In this document: positions 58,514-64,000 of the stretch, one piece after another
How positions within the stretch are numbered: the first letter of the stretch is position 1
How the letters are laid out: the number at the start of each line of letters is the position of its first letter
Notes under the pieces: model-generated
What the model saw: only the letters and a program-made list of their open reading frames with translations
Databases searched by the model: none
Told to the model about the DNA's origin: nothing
Translations under genes and position numbers: made by a program
From: a virus
DNA length: 64,000 nt
IMG/VR virus record: IMGVR_UViG_3300024239_000016
Coordinates: 32,001-96,000 of that record
Direction: 5' to 3' (one strand)

Positions 58514-59473
58514 ATGTCAGTTTTTCAATCCGCATATCACACCGAAGCCATGGCCGGGCATGAAACCAAGATCAAACGCCTGACCGATAAGCTGCAACAG
58601 CTGCGCATGAACGACTACATCACTCCCCTCACCAAGGAGCTAGTCGAAAAGGCCGGCTCCTTAGAGATGAGCGATAACCTCAATTTGGGAGTGATTCGCC
58701 TGATCGTTGGAACTGCAAATGAGAGCAGTATCGAAAGCTTCGATCAGCCAGTCATTCTGTTTACGAGCGCAGGCGAAGTCGCAGCAGTGGTAATTGATGT
58801 TCGTCCTTTCATCAAACACACGAACTCAGTCGGTGAGTGGGTCATTCGCGTTCCTTACGAATTCAATTTTGCTGTTCTTCGTGCTACGCTCGCATACCTT
58901 TGGGCGAGTGGCGATCAGCGGCACATCCAGTCGCTTTCTCGTCTACCTTGCATGCTCTTTGCACGATGGATCGCTGATAGCATTTCTCGCCGCTTCGGCC
59001 TCAACCCCGAAACTCAAATGAAGATCGCTGTAGTTGCAGCTATCCATTACATCAAACTTTTCAGCGATGACGATATCGCCACTGTGGATAAAGTCCGCAC
59101 AATCGGCATCATCGCAGCAGCCACTGACATGAGCTCGTCGAATATCGAAACGATCATGCAACAGATCGATGGCACAGGAACTTCTCTAGAAGATCTGTCT
59201 GAAAACATCATCAATGTAGCAGACACTCCGCGTTTGGAAGGCTTCAATAAAGACATCCTTCTTACGGCAGTAACTGGTGTTTGGTATGGCGCTAACGGTC
59301 GGACTGTAGCGGCCGTAGCTCTGCAATATCCTCCAGTATGGATCTCTATGCTGCTGGCTGCATCTATTATCCGTGGTTTTGCACAAAGTGGCATTGCAAA
59401 ACTCTTTTATAAAACAGAGAATAAAGAAGTCGCGCAACTGCTAGCTTCCGTCTTTGGCCTACTGCGTGAATGA
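58514..59473 (+). CDS. Conserved phiKZ-like virion protein (gp28-like position)
   Basis: 319 aa, divergent from the sheath gene. Confidence 0.65.
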   Translation: MSVFQSAYHTEAMAGHETKIKRLTDKLQQLRMNDYITPLTKELVEKAGSLEMSDNLNLGVIRLIVGTANESSIESFDQPVILFTSAGEVAAVVIDVRPFIKHTNSVGEWVIRVPYEFNFAVLRATLAYLWASGDQRHIQSLSRLPCMLFARWIADSISRRFGLNPETQMKIAVVAAIHYIKLFSDDDIATVDKVRTIGIIAAATDMSSSNIETIMQQIDGTGTSLEDLSENIINVADTPRLEGFNKDILLTAVTGVWYGANGRTVAAVALQYPPVWISMLLAASIIRGFAQSGIAKLFYKTENKEVAQLLASVFGLLRE

Positions 59474-59482
59474 GGAACAAAT

Positions 59483-62035
59483 ATGCTCGAGAATTTTCTC
59501 CAGGCGCACGTCAGAAAGAATCTCTGGTGTAGCCCAGCTCAGGATAAGCAAGCGATCTTCAGCCCAGCCAGACTATCGATGTTTCCTGGAGATCTGAGCT
59601 ATTTTTACCTGAACTACAAAAAGTACGATTTACCTGATCAGTCGAATCGTTATTTTGTTTACATGATTGGCAAGCTGCATGCTGATCGTCTTGGTATCGC
59701 TCCAGTTACTGGTTCTTGGAAGAAGCTTAGCGATGCCTGTAACGAACAGCAGATGATCATTCATGTCTACACGACAAATGGTGTATCGTATCCGCTCCAT
59801 CGTTGCTTCTACCGGTACAACTCCGATGGTAACTTGTTATTTGCAATTCCCAGCATTTCAAAATTTGGTATCAATCTAGAGGTAGAGCCGATCTACATCA
59901 AGTTTTATACCAATGCCTATTTCTTCACCGATGAGAGTAGTTCCATCCCTGACGAGATAAAAGTAATTGGTCAGACAGCCGGCGATATCAATGACATTGT
60001 TGCTTTTCAGAATGCAACCGATCCTTACAGGAATAATGCACTTGGTAAAGCGGTGTTTTATGTTAACGGATATCGCGTTGATCGCGTGCATCCTGGGAAC
60101 GCTAAGTCCGGTGATTCGATCGAGATGGTCTACGACGGTACTGTTCGGACAGAGTTTGTAGTTCCGATATCTGAACTGAAAGATTTTGTCAGCATCGTCG
60201 ATAATGAACCAAAGTACCTGGTGATGAATCCAGAACGTCGTGAGATGATCGATTACGTGGATGACTTGGAATTCTACATTTCATCGCACATCGATATTCG
60301 TCGGGCTGTCTATTACCATAAGAACATGGGTAACCCGAGATCAGCGCGGATGGTGACGCATCAGGATTATTCGATCCGTGTAGCATCTGTGCTGAGCCTG
60401 TGCCAGGCGCTGGGTATCGAAAACGCAGCTGATGCTTTTCTTACGGTAGTGATTCGTAAGGGCGGCTATGTGCGCGATCTGAAGACAAACGCCAATCGGA
60501 CACACGAGTTATTTAAGCTACCGTTTGCTAAACGAATGGCAGCGATGGTTGGTGTAGAGTCAACGGTCGATGTTTGGCGCGCTGCAAATCTTGAAGCATC
60601 TGCTTACACTGAGGTGATGGGCTTGCTACGAATGCCTGTTTCCCTTCAGCTCACAGAGGATGCACTCGGATACAACAGTATATCCACTATTCTCGGCGAA
60701 AGCCCGCTTACGCCATTCCTCCAAAGCGGAATCAAGAGTGTGCATCTTCCGTATGGTTTGGTAGATCGCGCTACGGTTTACAACTATGACATCAATGGTA
60801 AGCTGATCAATCACTCAGTTCATCATGGATTAGGGGAAGATGTTGTAGTCCCAGCCAATACAGATTTAGTTCAAGCTTTCAGCGGCATTGCCGACACCAT
60901 GTTTGACGATCAGTACGGTCAGACATTTGTTATTCAGCCGTTCAACGAGTATCGTTTTTATAAAGCCAAGAAAGTCGGCGATGAAAGCAAGCTTGTTTGG
61001 GAAGATGTAACAGGCAGTAATGATTATCTGGCTGGCCCTACCGGTGGTGCTTGGAACATTGATCTGAGTCAGTATTCTGTTATCGTCAGAAGCGATGCTA
61101 AATTTGTGCATCGTGAGATTCAGCACAGTTCTTTATTTGGCACAATTGAAGTCTTGCTAAATGAAGTTGAGGGCAATCTGCAGACAAGAATGCAGGTACC
61201 ACCAGGTACCGTAGATGTTTTCTTGAACGATTACCTATTGACAAAGAACATCGATTACCGTTACACATTCCCTCGTGTCACGGTTCTGAACAAGAAGCAT
61301 CTGATCAATCCTGGTGTAGCTACGCAAAAGATAACAATTCGCTGCATGGCTTTCCCGAGAAAAGATCTAACGAGCGAATCTCTGGAAGATATCGGATTCA
61401 TTGTCGCTGGTCGCTTGTCAAATAACAGCCGCTACGATCTTCGCGATGATAAAGTGCAGCAAATCGTAATTGGTGGCTGCGTTCACCGCGTAAATGAGAT
61501 TCCATTTGCTGAGAATCTGGAATTTTCACCGTATCTGGACTCTATGAACGGCACGCCGTATCATGTAAAAGATATCATTGTTCCAACTCGTGGTCTGACC
61601 GTTAGTAATACTGTCGATTTACGTGATCGGAGTTTGATCGTCGATAAACAGATTAGCAACTACATGTCTGTTAAGTTACCGGATAATCTTGGGGATGAGT
61701 TTTACACGATCCCTGATAAATATCCTGTCGTTTCCCCATTCTTTGCTCGAATGACAGTTATCGCTAAGGCGGGCATCATTCCTCGCGAGGACATCAGCGG
61801 ACACCTTACTGATGAGCGGGTCATCGAACTATGTAATCCATACGTGGAATTTCTCGAACACGATCCAACTCAAGCTGGTAAAGAGATTGACGATCGTTTT
61901 GTTATTGTGATTCCGCACATGTACGATTACGTAGTCGATCTTACACCGGAGCAATATCGTTTCCTCAGTCGAGTCAATAAGCTGATTTGTAACAGCGTGC
62001 TTGATATGAGTCACTTTTACACCATTTCCTCCTAG
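59483..62035 (+). CDS. Virion structural protein (gp27-like position)
   Basis: 850 aa, N.WC.P.QD.Q, RMVTH.DYS and YDLRDD motifs; synteny. Confidence 0.7.
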   Translation: MLENFLQAHVRKNLWCSPAQDKQAIFSPARLSMFPGDLSYFYLNYKKYDLPDQSNRYFVYMIGKLHADRLGIAPVTGSWKKLSDACNEQQMIIHVYTTNGVSYPLHRCFYRYNSDGNLLFAIPSISKFGINLEVEPIYIKFYTNAYFFTDESSSIPDEIKVIGQTAGDINDIVAFQNATDPYRNNALGKAVFYVNGYRVDRVHPGNAKSGDSIEMVYDGTVRTEFVVPISELKDFVSIVDNEPKYLVMNPERREMIDYVDDLEFYISSHIDIRRAVYYHKNMGNPRSARMVTHQDYSIRVASVLSLCQALGIENAADAFLTVVIRKGGYVRDLKTNANRTHELFKLPFAKRMAAMVGVESTVDVWRAANLEASAYTEVMGLLRMPVSLQLTEDALGYNSISTILGESPLTPFLQSGIKSVHLPYGLVDRATVYNYDINGKLINHSVHHGLGEDVVVPANTDLVQAFSGIADTMFDDQYGQTFVIQPFNEYRFYKAKKVGDESKLVWEDVTGSNDYLAGPTGGAWNIDLSQYSVIVRSDAKFVHREIQHSSLFGTIEVLLNEVEGNLQTRMQVPPGTVDVFLNDYLLTKNIDYRYTFPRVTVLNKKHLINPGVATQKITIRCMAFPRKDLTSESLEDIGFIVAGRLSNNSRYDLRDDKVQQIVIGGCVHRVNEIPFAENLEFSPYLDSMNGTPYHVKDIIVPTRGLTVSNTVDLRDRSLIVDKQISNYMSVKLPDNLGDEFYTIPDKYPVVSPFFARMTVIAKAGIIPREDISGHLTDERVIELCNPYVEFLEHDPTQAGKEIDDRFVIVIPHMYDYVVDLTPEQYRFLSRVNKLICNSVLDMSHFYTISS

Positions 62036-62046
62036 GGAGAAAATCA

Positions 62047-63759
62047 ATGGCAGACAATAACGAACAGAGCGTGGATCCGGGTGTCGTCGGCACTGATGGA
62101 TTCCCGCCTGTTTACCAGCCCCATCGTCGCTTCACTACGTTCCGTGAAGAAGAGCTGTTCATGGGACTAGCTGGTAATAAAAAATACGTTGGCAACGTGG
62201 GTGATATCGTCTACTCTGTTGTCGGTAATCGGATCTATCACAAAGAGATTGTTTACGTTGATGAATCCACAAAGATTCCGACGTTACGCAAGCTCGAAGA
62301 GCCAGACGAAGACACGACGCTCACAGATGAAGAGCTTCTCCTTGGTCGTGGCCCCGGCACCGATTCGGATACGTACCGGATCTTCATTGACAAATCAGTT
62401 CGTCCTTTCTATGCAGCAATCGATGCTCGGTTGGACATCCGTGGCAGCATGGCTAGCATTGGCCGTCTGTACAAAGGCGCTGATGTCTATGACGAAACTG
62501 GTCGTATCAGTCTCCTCTATGATGCCAGCGGTAACTTCTTAGGGAACGATATCCCTTTGCAGTTAGTGGATCGCCAAGATAATGTGGCGGTGAAAATCAT
62601 GCCGCCGTTCAATACGTTGGCTGATCTGGACGATGGTGAGCGAGTCACTGCCCTTTTCCTGAGCGACGAAGGCGGAATGATCTCTACCCGGCAGCTGACA
62701 GTTGTTAACTCTGGATTCATTTTCAAGAGCGATCGCCATCTCCGCTATGTAACAGGCATTTCGTTGCGCACGGACTATTTGTCCTCATCTGACCCAAGCA
62801 TCATCGATTTCCCAATCGGAACCACTCAACTCAGTATGAACTTACGAGGTGTGGTGCATTACTCGAATGGCGATGAAGTCGAGATGCCAGTAGATGGTAC
62901 GAAGTTTGAGTTCATCGGACTGGATAACTTTCTGGCTACCTCACCAGGTAAGCGGTTCAAGGGTTTCCTGAAATACAAGCTCTCGGATGAAGAGGTTCAT
63001 TTTGGCGGAAGCGTAGTTGGTGCTGAGCGTTTCTTCCAGAGCGAATACACTATCCGCACTCTTGTTCAGGATGGAGCATATTCGGTTAAGTTGTTCGCAT
63101 ATCCGAATTGGATCGATCAGACCAACGGCTATCGGATGGAATATTTCCTGATGAACCTAGATCGCAGCATTTGTCAGCGCGTTACACCTCATGTGCGCCT
63201 TGGCGAAAACTCACCTGCATTCGAGCCATTGTCACTGGGCATCAAGCAGAATCTGAATGTACAGCTGGACCTCAACAAGGCCTTGCCGTCATTCAAGAGC
63301 CATCTGCACGCACAGGTCATTGGCATCTCTCTCATTACTGCTGGTGGTGAGTCAGGTACTAACTGGCGCGTTGAGTACGAGCCTGGTCAGAATCCTCAGT
63401 TTGGAACTGGTAACTATGGAGAGATGGTCTTCATTAATGCCAATCTGAAACGAGTGAAGCTCGATATGGGTCTCACAGAGCAGAGCGAATGGCTGGAACG
63501 ACTCTATCGTACCAGCAAGCCTCTGATGAATGTGGTCACTGAAGCCGACGCTCCATCGCCCACTCATTTTGCCATCATCACCAATGCATTCAGGACGGAG
63601 CATCTTCTGAGCGAATGGCGCGATGTGTTTGATCTTGGCCAGGAGATCTACCATGGCCACACCCTGTACGTTGAGTTCTTCCGGCGTACGGTAAACAACG
63701 ATCTGCACTTAGCGATTGCTGGTATCCCTCTGCGGCAAGTAGCCGCTTTTACCTCATAA
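62047..63759 (+). CDS. Virion structural protein (gp26-like position)
   Basis: 570 aa, V.GTDG..P.Y.P and AYSVKLF.YP.W motifs; precedes the terminase. Confidence 0.7.
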   Translation: MADNNEQSVDPGVVGTDGFPPVYQPHRRFTTFREEELFMGLAGNKKYVGNVGDIVYSVVGNRIYHKEIVYVDESTKIPTLRKLEEPDEDTTLTDEELLLGRGPGTDSDTYRIFIDKSVRPFYAAIDARLDIRGSMASIGRLYKGADVYDETGRISLLYDASGNFLGNDIPLQLVDRQDNVAVKIMPPFNTLADLDDGERVTALFLSDEGGMISTRQLTVVNSGFIFKSDRHLRYVTGISLRTDYLSSSDPSIIDFPIGTTQLSMNLRGVVHYSNGDEVEMPVDGTKFEFIGLDNFLATSPGKRFKGFLKYKLSDEEVHFGGSVVGAERFFQSEYTIRTLVQDGAYSVKLFAYPNWIDQTNGYRMEYFLMNLDRSICQRVTPHVRLGENSPAFEPLSLGIKQNLNVQLDLNKALPSFKSHLHAQVIGISLITAGGESGTNWRVEYEPGQNPQFGTGNYGEMVFINANLKRVKLDMGLTEQSEWLERLYRTSKPLMNVVTEADAPSPTHFAIITNAFRTEHLLSEWRDVFDLGQEIYHGHTLYVEFFRRTVNNDLHLAIAGIPLRQVAAFTS

Positions 63760-63849
63760 GTAAGCATATATTCCTACCGCCAATGGCGGTAGGAATATCT
63801 ATTTTTGGTTGATAGAATGACTATAAATAAATAATGGAGCTAGTCCGCG

Positions 63850-64000
63850 ATGATTCTTTTTTTAGAAGATTGGGGACGTTACCCTACAGCCTTACCTGAT
63901 TTCGATACGCCGAACAGATCTTTTGTTGAGCTGTGTGCTAAGTACAAGCTCATGGGAGTTAAAAATCATTTATTCCCTTTGGCGCTAGTAAATCAGAAAC
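63850..64000 (+). CDS. terL: Terminase large subunit, N-terminus (phiKZ gp25-like); runs off the right edge
   Basis: MILFLEDWGRYPTALPDFDTPNRSF...MGVKNHLFPLAL; synteny after the gp26-like gene. Confidence 0.75.
   Translation, partial: MILFLEDWGRYPTALPDFDTPNRSFVELCAKYKLMGVKNHLFPLALVNQK

Noticed and set aside
52903-62035. Genome-wide TAG recoding
   Set aside because: Long core genes contain no in-frame TAG, several genes end cleanly at TAG (e.g. 22718, 62035), and no suppressor tRNA lies in the window
1-64000. CRISPR array, IS/transposase, integrase, homing endonuclease or intein
   Set aside because: No regularly spaced direct repeats or diagnostic motifs seen; the RNAP genes are uninterrupted and of expected size

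Overview
This is a 64-kb segment of a phiKZ-like (Chimalliviridae-type) jumbo myophage, with GC content estimated by eye at about 45%. The left end carries the conserved virion block: a gp181-like tail protein (partial, minus strand), virion RNAP beta' and beta subunits, structural proteins and the head maturation protease. The right end carries the tail tube, tail sheath, gp28/27/26-like structural genes and the start of the terminase large subunit. Between them lie about 42 kb of accessory genes: ThyA, dTMP kinase, HD, HAD, Nudix, GNAT and AAA+ enzymes, an HslV-like protease, a DNA ligase homologue lacking its catalytic Lys, BspA/DUF285 fibre-like proteins and a DUF3380-type endolysin. The stand-out feature is an RNA island at about 27.7-37.3 kb, holding six tRNAs and seven long, heavily base-paired non-coding segments. 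Two of these segments (about 27780-28460 and 32250-33230) contain complete, mutually covarying group I ribozyme cores of the Azoarcus/IC3 type. They are ORF-less, strongly expanded, interrupt no recognisable CDS or tRNA, and each lies just upstream of a tRNA. All family assignments come from motif recognition and synteny by eye; no database search was run.
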